Shown: positions 9,536 through 18,729 of the stretch, in pieces
Position numbering within the stretch: the stretch's first letter is position 1
How the letters are laid out: each line of letters begins with the position of its first letter
Origin: Candidatus Onstottus arcticum
GTDB taxonomy: Bacteria; Acidobacteriota; Blastocatellia; UBA7656
Direction of reading: 5' to 3'
Assembly (NCBI GenBank): GCA_038040485.1
Contig: JBBPIE010000036.1
Span: forward strand, 3,076 to 67,075
Length of the DNA stretch: 64,000 nt
The notes under the pieces: model-generated
The model's database searches: none
What the model was told of the DNA's origin: nothing
The model's input: only the letters and a program-made list of their open reading frames with translations
Position numbers and translations under genes: made by a program

Positions 9536-11530
9536 CTATCTCCTGTCGAAAGTTGTCGAACCGGGATTCGAAGGCATCTCCGGGTTCTGGTTGCTTATCT
9601 GAAATCCAGGCATTCCGGCCGGACTCGCGCCCGCTCGCGCGGCCCACACCAGACGTTTGCGGCCGATCTTGTCTTCATACATTCGCTGGTCGGCCACTTC
9701 CATCAGTTCGTCGATAGCTTCGCCATCCTGGCCGTAGGTTGCGAAGCCGATTGATATCCCTATCCGCGCAACACGCCCCGGTCTTACTTCGTGAGCGAAA
9801 CTGTCAACCGCCGATTGCAGCCGCGCTTTCATCTCAACGACGATCTCGGGCGTCGCACGATGCAACACCGCCACGAACTCATCGCCCGCATATCGAACTA
9901 GGGTGTCACCGCTTCTCACCTGTCCGCGGGCTACCTGTGCGATTTGCCGAAGTATCTCGTCCCCAACGTGATGACCATAGGTGTCGTTCACCTTCTTGAA
10001 GCCGTCCAGGTCCATCATCATCAGCACCAGCGGATAACCGTGCCGTTCGGCGCGGCTCTTTTCCTGATCAAAGAAGCTGTACATATAGCGAGAATTGGGC
10101 AAGCCGGTCAGGTTGTCGGTCAGCGCGGACTCCTGGGTGCGCTCGAACGTCATCGCGTTGTGCACCGCTGCCGCCGCGTGGCTAGAAATAGTCTCGAGCA
10201 CGCGGACTTCATCCGCCGAATAGCCGCGTCCTTCTTCGCAGTAGAATGCCAGCGCGCCGACCAGTGTGTTGTCGCTCAACAAAGGAAAGATTGCAGTCGA
10301 ACGATAAGCAGATGCTACGGCGCCCAGCGGCCGTTCGAGGTCAGCAAGTGGGCTCCCCGCAATCAATACCTGGCGATGCTCGGCGACCCAGCCCGCCTCG
10401 CCTTCGCCCATCCCTACGTCGTAGCCTTTCAGCGCATCGGCGTTTTTCCCGATCACGTACGCGGCCCGCAAACGATTGCCGTCAGCCAAGTAGATGGCGA
10501 GTGTGGTGAAGTTCGCGACATTCTCCAGCTTCGCCGCCACGATCGGCAGGACTTCGGAGAGCTTCAACGACGAGCCCAGCGTTTGAGATATCTCGTATAG
10601 CGACAGCACCTCGCGTTGCGCGGCTGCGATGTCAAGCAGCGCCTTTTCGGTTGGCGTCCGGGGCTCGAGACCGAAGCTGCGGTCGACAAGACAGTCCGCC
10701 GCCTGCGGCTCAATTCCGAAAAGCGAAATCGGCTGCGCGGTGAGCGCCGACTGGTTGAACTCGAGCGAATCAATCACCTCGATGAACTTGTCCAGTATAC
10801 TGGGGTCAAATGTGTGCCCCGACTCTTGCCGCATCATATCCAGCGCCTGCTCTCGGCTGTAAGACTGGCGATAGGGACGGCTGGTTGTGAGCGCTTCATA
10901 GCAATCCACGACCGTCAGGATTCGCGCGCCCAGCGGTATCTCATCGCCGCGCAAACCGCCCGGATAGCCAGCCCCGTCGAACTTCTCGTGATGGTGTCTC
11001 ACGATCGGCACGACTTCGTAGGGAAACTCAACGTTGCTCAGGATGTCCGCCGCGACCACGGGATGGATCATTATCTTTGAGAACTCCGCTGAGGTGAGCT
11101 TGGCCGGCTTGCTCAATATGTGCTCGGGCACCGCGAGCTTGCCTATGTCGTGCAGCAGCGCGGCGGTCTTCAATCCTTCCATCTGGTCCTCGGAGTAGCC
11201 GACGGCCCGGCCCAGCCCCTCAGCCAGGCTGCGCACCCGGTTGATATGGCCGCGAGCCAGCGGGTCCTTCGCGTCAATCGCCATCGTCAGCGATTCGATC
11301 GTCGCCAGATGCAGCTTGGTCAGCAGTTCAATATGACTTCGCGATGATTGCGACTGGCCGCGATGGATCTGCCAGGCAAACAAGGCCACCAGCGTGCCGG
11401 CGAGGGCTAGCACCCAGTCCGCCTGAACTCCGCCGGTGTACAAACGAAACATCGAACAGATCAGCACGGCGGCGCCCCCGGTCGCGATCAGCCTGGTGCT
11501 TAGCTTTTCGTTGAGATTCAGGTCCCTCAC
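9536..11530 (-). CDS. Membrane-anchored HD-GYP + GAF + GGDEF c-di-GMP turnover protein
   Basis: LLHDIGK, HHEKFDGAGYPGGL (HD-GYP); GAF; DLDGFKKVNDTYGH, RSGD I-site, AGDEF. Confidence 0.92.
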   Translation of the reverse strand: MRDLNLNEKLSTRLIATGGAAVLICSMFRLYTGGVQADWVLALAGTLVALFAWQIHRGQSQSSRSHIELLTKLHLATIESLTMAIDAKDPLARGHINRVRSLAEGLGRAVGYSEDQMEGLKTAALLHDIGKLAVPEHILSKPAKLTSAEFSKIMIHPVVAADILSNVEFPYEVVPIVRHHHEKFDGAGYPGGLRGDEIPLGARILTVVDCYEALTTSRPYRQSYSREQALDMMRQESGHTFDPSILDKFIEVIDSLEFNQSALTAQPISLFGIEPQAADCLVDRSFGLEPRTPTEKALLDIAAAQREVLSLYEISQTLGSSLKLSEVLPIVAAKLENVANFTTLAIYLADGNRLRAAYVIGKNADALKGYDVGMGEGEAGWVAEHRQVLIAGSPLADLERPLGAVASAYRSTAIFPLLSDNTLVGALAFYCEEGRGYSADEVRVLETISSHAAAAVHNAMTFERTQESALTDNLTGLPNSRYMYSFFDQEKSRAERHGYPLVLMMMDLDGFKKVNDTYGHHVGDEILRQIAQVARGQVRSGDTLVRYAGDEFVAVLHRATPEIVVEMKARLQSAVDSFAHEVRPGRVARIGISIGFATYGQDGEAIDELMEVADQRMYEDKIGRKRLVWAARAGASPAGMPGFQISNQNPEMPSNPGSTTFDRR

Positions 11531-11542
11531 AATGAACTACCA

Positions 11543-11558
11543 TTCAACGGCCGTGCCG
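11543..11558 (-). promoter_or_regulatory. Candidate sigma54 promoter (CGGCACGGCCGTTGAA)
   Basis: GGCACG -24 element with correct spacing to TTGAA, a non-canonical -12. Confidence 0.4.
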
Positions 11559-11810
11559 CGCGATACGCTTAGCTGAGACTTTGTTAAGGACCGATTCTGG
11601 GTGAGTTAGCCGATGACGGCTGGACGCTTCATTTGCCCGGTTAAGATGTGAGCGGTCAAACTGAAATCGTGGTCAGCCGGCTTCGTTCACTATGACCGCT
11701 TTGAGCTGATCGATGGCCGGGATGGGTGACAAACGCGGCGAGCTCGGAGCTTGCACTTGAGGTGCAGCGCTTGTTGCGGTTGAATCGTCAAACCAGCAAA
11801 TAGCAACACT

Positions 11811-11834
11811 CTGGAAGCGCAGGCATCCTTGCCT
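11811..11834. repeat. Single arm of REP-like family A
   Basis: CTGGAAGCGCAGGCATCCTTGCCT resembles the arms at 925 and 58647. Confidence 0.55.
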
Positions 11835-11903
11835 AAATGCTCGCCCGAGACTTTGTGGGAAATCTTGTCGGGTATGTCGGATGAATCGTGGTCTCTGCGA
11901 GCT

Positions 11904-12761
11904 TCAGTTTTCCCGGCGCAGCCTGGTCCAGAACTCGCCCGTCTCATACGAGCGGTCGACACCTTCGTAACGGGCAGTTATGTCGGCCTCCTCCAGCACA
12001 TGACCCTGAAGCCAGATGTTCGCAGAGACCAGAGCGCCGATACTCAGTTCTCCGACAAGCGCGGCGCGGCTGGCCAGCACTTCGACCCTGATCCTGCCGG
12101 CATCGACGTAAACCCAGACCAGCGTCGAGCCGGTCGCGGGGTTTTGAAGCTCGCGCCAGGCCAACACACGCCCGCTGACGATGTAGTCGTTCTCGCAAGC
12201 CTGCTCCTCGAACTCAGCAACCTGCTCGGCAAGCTCGAATCGCGGTTCGGTGGCGGCCTCCGGCTTCGACCCGCGCGGATGGACACTCGCGCTGTAGGCG
12301 ATTCCAGCAAGCGCGATGTGCAGGTGCGATTCGCGGAATACGCTTTGGCTCAGTTCGGTAACATTCTGCAACTCGAAAATGATTTCCGGCCCTCCGCGAA
12401 TCGCGCCGCGCACCACCGCCTCGCCGTCCTCCTGATATTCGGTCAGCTCCCACGGTCCCAGGACTCGAACGTACCGGCTGCGAAACGCCGGGCGGCAGTC
12501 GGCGTAATAGACTTCGGCGCCGTGCTCGTACAAGACCGACCAGATTTCGAGCCCGTCGCCCAGCTTCCAGCAACGCCCGTCCAGCGCGGCGTTCTGGCGC
12601 TCGACGCGGCTTCGCTGGCCGTTGAACTCGACGTCCTCGACTAGCAAATTGTATGAATCTTCGTCGGTGATTTCGAACCCGACGGCTTCGAACAACTCGG
12701 CCATCATCGCGCCGCTTTGGGCTTCGCGGTCGGTCGGCTGCTCTCTGACTGGCTTGCTCAT
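11904..12761 (-). CDS. Conserved hypothetical protein, DUF3881-like
   Basis: 285 aa, LFEAVGF N-terminus, C-terminal G.lv.aniWLQG; family from memory, not searched. Confidence 0.5.
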   Translation of the reverse strand: MSKPVREQPTDREAQSGAMMAELFEAVGFEITDEDSYNLLVEDVEFNGQRSRVERQNAALDGRCWKLGDGLEIWSVLYEHGAEVYYADCRPAFRSRYVRVLGPWELTEYQEDGEAVVRGAIRGGPEIIFELQNVTELSQSVFRESHLHIALAGIAYSASVHPRGSKPEAATEPRFELAEQVAEFEEQACENDYIVSGRVLAWRELQNPATGSTLVWVYVDAGRIRVEVLASRAALVGELSIGALVSANIWLQGHVLEEADITARYEGVDRSYETGEFWTRLRREN

Positions 12762-12780
12762 TCTGGCAGGTTTTCGCGAG

Positions 12781-13926
12781 CTACTGTTTTTTGGTCTCTT
12801 CGGTTATCTCGACGTTGAGCGTGTAATCGCGGCCGTCGCGAACGATCTTTATTGAAGCTTTCGCGCCCGGTGCTTTGCTGGCAACGATGCGATTGAACTG
12901 GACGTAGGACGTGATCGGCTGGCCGTCGATCGAGGTGATCAAGTCGTCCTTTCTCAATCCCGCCCTGGCTGCCGGAGTTCCGCGCTCGGCGCGAACGACC
13001 AGCACTCCTTTGGAATCAGCCGGCAGTTTGTAGATGCCGCGAAGATCGGCGTCAACGTCGCGGGTTTCCACGCCGAGATAGCCGCGCGTAACCCGGCCGC
13101 GGTCGATGAGCTGAGGGAGGATCGCCTTGAGCGTGTTGACCGGTATCGAAAAGCTCAAGCCTTGCGAGCGCTCGAGCACAAGCGTGTTGATGCCCACGAT
13201 CTTTCCTTGCGCATTGACCAGCGGGCCACCGGAATTTCCTGGATTGATCGCGGCGTCTGTTTGCAGGAAGTCATCGAACTGGCCGCCGAATCCGGTGCGA
13301 CCCTTGGCGCTGACAATGCCCAGTGTGACGGTGTGATCCAGCCCGAGCGGGTTTCCGATGGCGATAACCCAATCGCCGACGCGCAGTGCGTCGCTGTCGC
13401 CGATCTCGGCCACCGGGAGCGCGGGCCCGCTGGGCACGATCTCGAGCAGCGCGATGTCCGTCGCCTCGTCGTAGCCCTTGATCGAAGCTGGAAACTGGCG
13501 ACCGTCGTGCAGCGTAACCGTCACGCTGTTAACCAACTTGGGAGGCGCTGCTTGATCGCCCGCTCGCGGAGCGCGGCCGCGCCTCGGCTCGGAGTTTGAA
13601 ATCAAGTGAAAGTTCGTTGCGATCAACCCGCGCTGGTCGACGATGAAGCCGCTGCCCAGATTCTCGCCGCCTTCCGACAGCGATCTGATGTTGACCACGA
13701 CCTGGTTGACTCGCTCGACGATTTCGGGAACGTCCAGCAGCACCGTTTTGGCCTGGCGGTCGGCTGCGGCAGCGGGTGTATTCGGCGAGCTTGCCGCCGG
13801 CTGATCTCGAAGATCAGTGTGTCTCGCCGCCAGCGCGGCGAGCGAGCCTCGAGCGGGCGATGCGCCTGCAAGCAGCAATCCCAGTAAAAAGACCGGAGCC
13901 GCTTTCGAACTGTGAAATCTAATCAT
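12781..13926 (-). CDS. htrA: HtrA/DegP-family serine protease with one PDZ domain
   Basis: GSGFI, TNFH, DIAL, QTDAAINPGNSGGPL, PDZ (GTPAARAGL). Confidence 0.93.
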   Translation of the reverse strand: MIRFHSSKAAPVFLLGLLLAGASPARGSLAALAARHTDLRDQPAASSPNTPAAAADRQAKTVLLDVPEIVERVNQVVVNIRSLSEGGENLGSGFIVDQRGLIATNFHLISNSEPRRGRAPRAGDQAAPPKLVNSVTVTLHDGRQFPASIKGYDEATDIALLEIVPSGPALPVAEIGDSDALRVGDWVIAIGNPLGLDHTVTLGIVSAKGRTGFGGQFDDFLQTDAAINPGNSGGPLVNAQGKIVGINTLVLERSQGLSFSIPVNTLKAILPQLIDRGRVTRGYLGVETRDVDADLRGIYKLPADSKGVLVVRAERGTPAARAGLRKDDLITSIDGQPITSYVQFNRIVASKAPGAKASIKIVRDGRDYTLNVEITEETKKQ

Positions 13927-14134
13927 TGCATTGACCTGAGGGTGTTATTTCGTCCTGTTCACCGGCGGCGGGAGCGCGTGATCGCGAGCCTCGAATGTTG
14001 CGCGCGGGTCCGAACCTCGGGCGATTCCCTGAACGGACCATCTCGGCAAACAAGTCCACGTCGTAGTCGCACTCGCGCGACATCTCTTCGCGAATGGCGT
14101 GAAGTTCTTCGAGGAATCTTGGCTTGCGATACAT
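13919..14134 (-). CDS. Small protein, putative antitoxin partner of the PIN gene
   Basis: LEELHAIREEMSRECDYDVDLFAE resembles small proteins that follow PIN-domain genes; overlaps the htrA start. Confidence 0.55.
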   Translation of the reverse strand: MYRKPRFLEELHAIREEMSRECDYDVDLFAEMVRSGNRPRFGPARNIRGSRSRAPAAGEQDEITPSGQCND

Positions 14135-14138
14135 AAAA

Positions 14139-14229
14139 AGTGATTAGTAATGCGTGATCCGTGATCCGTGATGTTCGTCCGTACCTGATCCCCGTCTTGT
14201 CACGAATCACGGATCACGCATCACGAATC
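14139..14229. repeat. Inverted heptamer array (CGTGATN)n-spacer-(NATCACG)n, locus 1
   Basis: agtgatt agtaatg cgtgatc cgtgatc cgtgatg ... tcacg aatcacg gatcacg catcacg aatc. Confidence 0.85.
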
Positions 14230-14235
14230 TCTTTC

Positions 14236-14700
14236 TCAGAACTCCGCGCTGATCAAAAACTCCGGCGTTACGATCATCGGCACAAAGAACCCGCCGACAG
14301 TGTTGACCAACTGAACTCGAGACTGCCGGTAAAAGCTGGCGATGTGACCAAAGTCCCAAGTAACAAGCAAGTCGGCCTTGTTCACCGAGGCAATCGCAAC
14401 ATGCAAAGCGTCGGCGATGTACTTGCGGTGAAATATGCCGCGCGATACGTATCCTTCGGCGAGTATCGCGGCTTCTTCGCTGATCTCGTACTGGGGGACG
14501 TCGCGTATCAAGTTCAAGTACGCGGAGCGGCGAGGCTCGGCGCAGCGCTCCAACTCGCGCACGACCAGACTTGAAACATACGGTGTGTAGTCGCGAAGCT
14601 CGTGCTCCCACCATCTGATGGTCAAGTCACGGCGGAACGGCTCGTCGTTATCCAGGTACGCGCCGATCACCGATGTCTCGAGGTAGAGGTTCTTCTTCAT
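14236..14700 (-). CDS. PIN-domain (VapC-like) protein
   Basis: LYLETSV, SSLVVREL, DALHVAIA, LLVTWDFGH, IVTPE. Confidence 0.88.
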   Translation of the reverse strand: MKKNLYLETSVIGAYLDNDEPFRRDLTIRWWEHELRDYTPYVSSLVVRELERCAEPRRSAYLNLIRDVPQYEISEEAAILAEGYVSRGIFHRKYIADALHVAIASVNKADLLVTWDFGHIASFYRQSRVQLVNTVGGFFVPMIVTPEFLISAEF

Positions 14701-14827
14701 AGCCCCGCCGCCGCCATTCTAGCACAGCGGCATGGCCCGGAAGACATTTGTGAGAGAGTACGGACACGCTCGTTTGGCGTGCGGCACGGAGTTCGAAAAG
14801 GAACCCTACGAAGATGCTGTCTTTCTA

Positions 14828-16438
14828 TTACTGCTTCTCGGGGCTGGTGTGCGGTTGGAAGGAGAGCTGCGCTCTGGTGAAGTCGATAGTCACACGGAAG
14901 TTGCGGAGAAAGTCGCCTCCCAGTATGCCGCTCTGCTCGAACCCGGACGTTTCGTTGATCGCGTTGAAGTCCATTACCAGCGCGCGCAGGTTCTTCTGCT
15001 GAAGATCGGCCACCTTGCAGTTGCGTATGAAGAGCATCTGCACGTTGTCAGTGACACCAGCCGCGCCGACCACGCTTACGGTTTGACCCTTGATGATCAG
15101 GTCATGCATCTTGAGCCGCTCGACCGCAGCCAGTGAGATCACCGACGAACTCGCGCCCGAGTCGAGTATCGCATTGATCATGTTGGCGCCGTCGAACTGG
15201 GTCTCTACGCTGATTAGCCCGTTCTGCGTTGTGCGAAAGGGCACGGTGGTGACGCCCGGCAACATTGCAACTTGAGTAGTCTTGTTGTCGTCCCGCTGCA
15301 GCCGCATCCGGTGTTCTTTGTAGTCAAGCTGGGTGAGAAAGTGCGAGAGTATCGACAACCCAATGAACCCATCCGCACGCTCAGCCAGCGGCCTTTCGGT
15401 GGAGCCGTGGAACGGACGCACGAAGCACGGGATCATCTTGACCTTCACTTCTCCGAGCTGAAGCCACTTGATCAAGCCGTAGACGATCGCGAACTTGCCG
15501 TCCCCGCCCAAACCCTGAGATTTCCCGCCGCGCGCAATCTCCTTAACACCTAACCGTTTGGCCGCCTCCTTGGACAGAACGGTAAACCCCGATCCGGTGT
15601 CTATCACGAAATTCGCGTCGCGGCCATTCACTTTCAAGTTAATGTAGGGCCGGCGGTCGCTTCCAAGCAGGAATGGGATCTCGGCCGTGGTCGCGCCGGA
15701 TATCTGATGCACTTGAGTCCCCGCCAACTGGCGGTAGAACGAAATCAGTCCTCGAATCCTATCGCGCCGGTCGGTGTCGGTTACGGGAGCAACGTCCAGG
15801 AAAAGCTCGTAAGCGTCCGCGGCTTCCTTGAAGTCCTCGACGCGAGACGATGCGCGCGCGTAGGTGATGATGAAGTCAGGTTCGTCGGGATCAAGGTTGT
15901 GCGCATAGAGCGACTTTATGCGTGATTCCTTGAGTCGGCCTTCGTAGTAGTCGACTTCCGCCGAGCCGCCATACGCAAGCGCGTCCTTCGGGTCCAGGTC
16001 TATGGCCTGTTCAAGCTGAAACGCTCCTGCTGCGACAAAGCCTGACCTTAGCAGCGATGTGCCGGCAAGTGCGTGCGCCCGGGCGTTGCTCTTGTTGAGC
16101 TTGAGAACTTCGGCCGCTTCCTCCAGGCAGTGAAGATAGTCTCCCATCTTCAGGTAGGCGAACGAGGCACCTAACCGTGCCTGAATGTGCGTGGCATTCT
16201 TGTCGATGATTTCGCGATACAGAGCCAGGGCTTTTTCGAAGTTGCCCTTTCGAATTTCCTTGCGGCCCTGTCGTAGAATCTTGTCCGGGTTCGAAGCGCC
16301 TGCTGAGTCCTCAGAGAACGCAACGGCCATTGGTGCGAGGCCCGGCGATATGGCCAGTGTCGCGAGAGTAAGACAGAGAACCGCAACCATCGTGACCTGT
16401 CGCGGTATTTCAGAGCTCTTCACACGGTTGACCTTCAT
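14828..16438 (-). CDS. Exported TPR protein with two retropepsin-like aspartyl protease domains
   Basis: Signal peptide, TPRs, FVIDTGS...DGFIGLSIL and ILDSGAS...SGILGGDFL; start MKVNR at 16438 overlaps the ogg stop. Confidence 0.85.
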   Translation of the reverse strand: MKVNRVKSSEIPRQVTMVAVLCLTLATLAISPGLAPMAVAFSEDSAGASNPDKILRQGRKEIRKGNFEKALALYREIIDKNATHIQARLGASFAYLKMGDYLHCLEEAAEVLKLNKSNARAHALAGTSLLRSGFVAAGAFQLEQAIDLDPKDALAYGGSAEVDYYEGRLKESRIKSLYAHNLDPDEPDFIITYARASSRVEDFKEAADAYELFLDVAPVTDTDRRDRIRGLISFYRQLAGTQVHQISGATTAEIPFLLGSDRRPYINLKVNGRDANFVIDTGSGFTVLSKEAAKRLGVKEIARGGKSQGLGGDGKFAIVYGLIKWLQLGEVKVKMIPCFVRPFHGSTERPLAERADGFIGLSILSHFLTQLDYKEHRMRLQRDDNKTTQVAMLPGVTTVPFRTTQNGLISVETQFDGANMINAILDSGASSSVISLAAVERLKMHDLIIKGQTVSVVGAAGVTDNVQMLFIRNCKVADLQQKNLRALVMDFNAINETSGFEQSGILGGDFLRNFRVTIDFTRAQLSFQPHTSPEKQ

Positions 16439-17076
16439 TTCAAAATCTCCCCGGTCTTGGTGTACCACAAGAGCAAGTCTAACTCGTCGAAATCGATTCC
16501 GATGCTTTCGGCAAAGCGCTTCACCTTTTCTTCAATAGCGACATAGCCGTTCTTAGTCGCGGGCGGCTTGGGGCTGTCGATCACTTCCAACTCCGTCAGC
16601 CTGGCAAGCAGATGCTTGTCCAGTATCGCATAACCGCGATAGCCGACGTTGCGAAGAAAATGGCTCGCTTCCTTGTAGCCCAGTCCGCGCACATCGCGAT
16701 TGGCGGCGAAGAAGTCCCGCCGCTCGTCAGCACTCTCGAAGCTCCGAAGTTTCTCCCGAAGCTGCAAGCCGCAATGCGAGCGCAGATACTCGCGAGTCTC
16801 GAACACGTACGCCCCACGCGCATTCGGGAAGCGGTGCCTCCCGTCGAGCGCTTTTTGGATTCGCCGTTTCGAGCCGCTCATCAACACCGGCCGCACGCTC
16901 TCGACCGATCTCAAGCCCATACGAGCGCTGGCACCGGCGGTGAAGATGCAAAATGTCAATTCTTCAAACAGCTTCTCGTGGGAAGCGGTGCGCCCGACGT
17001 GGGCGAACTCGGACAGCCTGGCTCGGATTTCTCGGCGCTTCTGGTGGTAGACGCTTTTCAGTTGCTCGACATTCAA
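16435..17076 (-). CDS. ogg: 8-oxoguanine DNA glycosylase/AP lyase (OGG2, archaeal/Thermotoga type)
   Basis: FEELTFCIFT, HRFPN, GLGYKEASHFLRNVG, AILDKH, C-terminal TGEILK; TTG start at 17076 after SD GAGGGG. Confidence 0.88.
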   Translation of the reverse strand: MNVEQLKSVYHQKRREIRARLSEFAHVGRTASHEKLFEELTFCIFTAGASARMGLRSVESVRPVLMSGSKRRIQKALDGRHRFPNARGAYVFETREYLRSHCGLQLREKLRSFESADERRDFFAANRDVRGLGYKEASHFLRNVGYRGYAILDKHLLARLTELEVIDSPKPPATKNGYVAIEEKVKRFAESIGIDFDELDLLLWYTKTGEILK

Positions 17077-17287
17077 GCCGGTTGTCCCCTCGGCCTGCGC
17101 GCTCGTGACGATGATATGGCCGCACCTACTGAATGTCAATCGTCAACAATGTTGCGATGAAGTTGGGAATCATTCGGCCCGACTATAGAGATCGGGGCTT
17201 CTGTCTCTTAGGTGGTTATCCCGGCCGCAGAGAAAAGTGGCTCGTTTGACCGGGAGTCAATCAAGCCGTTATAACTCAATAGAAACC

Positions 17288-18574
17288 ATGCGGACGACCT
17301 CGGTCACAACTGTAAACCTGACGAGTCGCGGGCCTGAAGAGAACCGGCAGGGCCACGCGGGTTTCGTTGATTATGCCGGTGTCGCGCTCGATTCTTTGCG
17401 CGCCAACAAGCTGCGCTCGTTTTTGACTTTGCTCGGCATAATCATCGGCATCACCTCGATCATCTCGGTCATCTCGGTCATTCAGGGGCTCGACCACTAC
17501 TGGAAGGCCAAGGTGTCAAACTTCGGCCCCAACACCTTTGTCATAACCCAGTTTCCCATCACCACCAACATCGACAAGCTCTTCGAGATGATCCGGCGCA
17601 ACCCGGACATCGGCAACGACGTGGCGGACGCGATTCGGCGAGGCTGCACGGCTTGCGAAGCCGTCGGCGTCGAGACGCACAAAGAGGCGCGCGTAAAGTC
17701 CGGGCGGCAATCGGTTGAAAGCGTGGACATGGCCGGTATGACCCCGAACATCCTCGACATAGAACCTTTCGACATCGCGCTCGGCCGGACGATTCAAGAT
17801 TGGGAGGAAGAGCATTCACGCTTTGTGACCTTCGTTGGATGGGAGATCGCCGATCGGCTGTTTCCGGGCGCCGACCCACTTGGACAGACCATTCAAATTG
17901 ACGACCATCAGTACGTGATTGTCGGAGTGGCTGAGAAGAAAGGAACGGTTTTGGGGTTCTCGCGCGACAACTTCGCGAAGGTACCGTTGTCGACGTTTCA
18001 GAAGATCAACGGCTCTCGCAGGTCGGTGAACATATCAATCAAGGCTCGCGAAGGCCAGATGCAGCAGGCCGAGGACCAGGCACGACTGATAACTCGGTCT
18101 CAACACCACCTCGACTATCACGACGAGGATGACTTCGGGCTGATTACTTCGGAAGGCGTGAACGAGCTGTTTAATAATTTGACCAGCGTGATCTTTTCCG
18201 TGTCGATTTTTGTCGTCGGGATATCGCTGGTCGTCGGCGGTATCGTCATCATGAACATAATGCTGGTGTCTGTCGTCGAACGCACCAAGGAGATCGGCAT
18301 AAGGAAAGCAGTCGGCGCCCGCCAACAGGACGTGGTGAATCAGTTTATGGTCGAGTCGGTTGTGTTGTGCTGCGCAGGCGGAGTGGGCGGGATCGTATTT
18401 GCCTGGTGCATCTCGTGGGCACTCGCGCGGTTCACTCCGCTTCCGTCGTCTTTTCCGCTTTGGGCGCCGCTGGTTGCAATCACGCTTTCGACGATCATCG
18501 GAGTCTTCTTCGGAATCTATCCTGCTCGGCGCGCCGGCAGGCTTGATCCCATTGAGGCGCTTAGAGCGGAGTGA
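17288..18574 (+). CDS. ABC transporter permease, MacB/FtsX family
   Basis: ANKLRSFLTLLGIIIG; GGIVIMNIMLVSVVERTKEIGIRKAVGA; LDPIEALRAE. Confidence 0.93.
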   Translation: MRTTSVTTVNLTSRGPEENRQGHAGFVDYAGVALDSLRANKLRSFLTLLGIIIGITSIISVISVIQGLDHYWKAKVSNFGPNTFVITQFPITTNIDKLFEMIRRNPDIGNDVADAIRRGCTACEAVGVETHKEARVKSGRQSVESVDMAGMTPNILDIEPFDIALGRTIQDWEEEHSRFVTFVGWEIADRLFPGADPLGQTIQIDDHQYVIVGVAEKKGTVLGFSRDNFAKVPLSTFQKINGSRRSVNISIKAREGQMQQAEDQARLITRSQHHLDYHDEDDFGLITSEGVNELFNNLTSVIFSVSIFVVGISLVVGGIVIMNIMLVSVVERTKEIGIRKAVGARQQDVVNQFMVESVVLCCAGGVGGIVFAWCISWALARFTPLPSSFPLWAPLVAITLSTIIGVFFGIYPARRAGRLDPIEALRAE

Positions 18575-18576
18575 GA

Positions 18577-18723
18577 CGTGACGCGTGATTCGTGATGCGT
18601 GATGCGTGATGCGTGATCCGTGATGGGTCCGGGAGCGCGCTGATCACGAATCACGGATCACGAATCACGGATCACGGATCACGGATCACGAATCACGGAT
18701 CACGAATCACGGATCACGGATCA
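18577..18723. repeat. Inverted heptamer array, locus 2
   Basis: 7 x CGTGA[T/C]N (18577-18625), 16-bp spacer, 11 x [G/A]ATCACG (18642-18718). Confidence 0.95.
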
Positions 18724-18729
18724 ACAGTC

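Noticed and set aside
11829-12644. 271-aa plus-strand ORF
   Set aside because: Antisense to a better-supported gene within a minus-strand run.
18577-18723. Heptamer arrays as CRISPR
   Set aside because: Units are 7 bp and contiguous, with no unique spacers between repeats and no cas genes.
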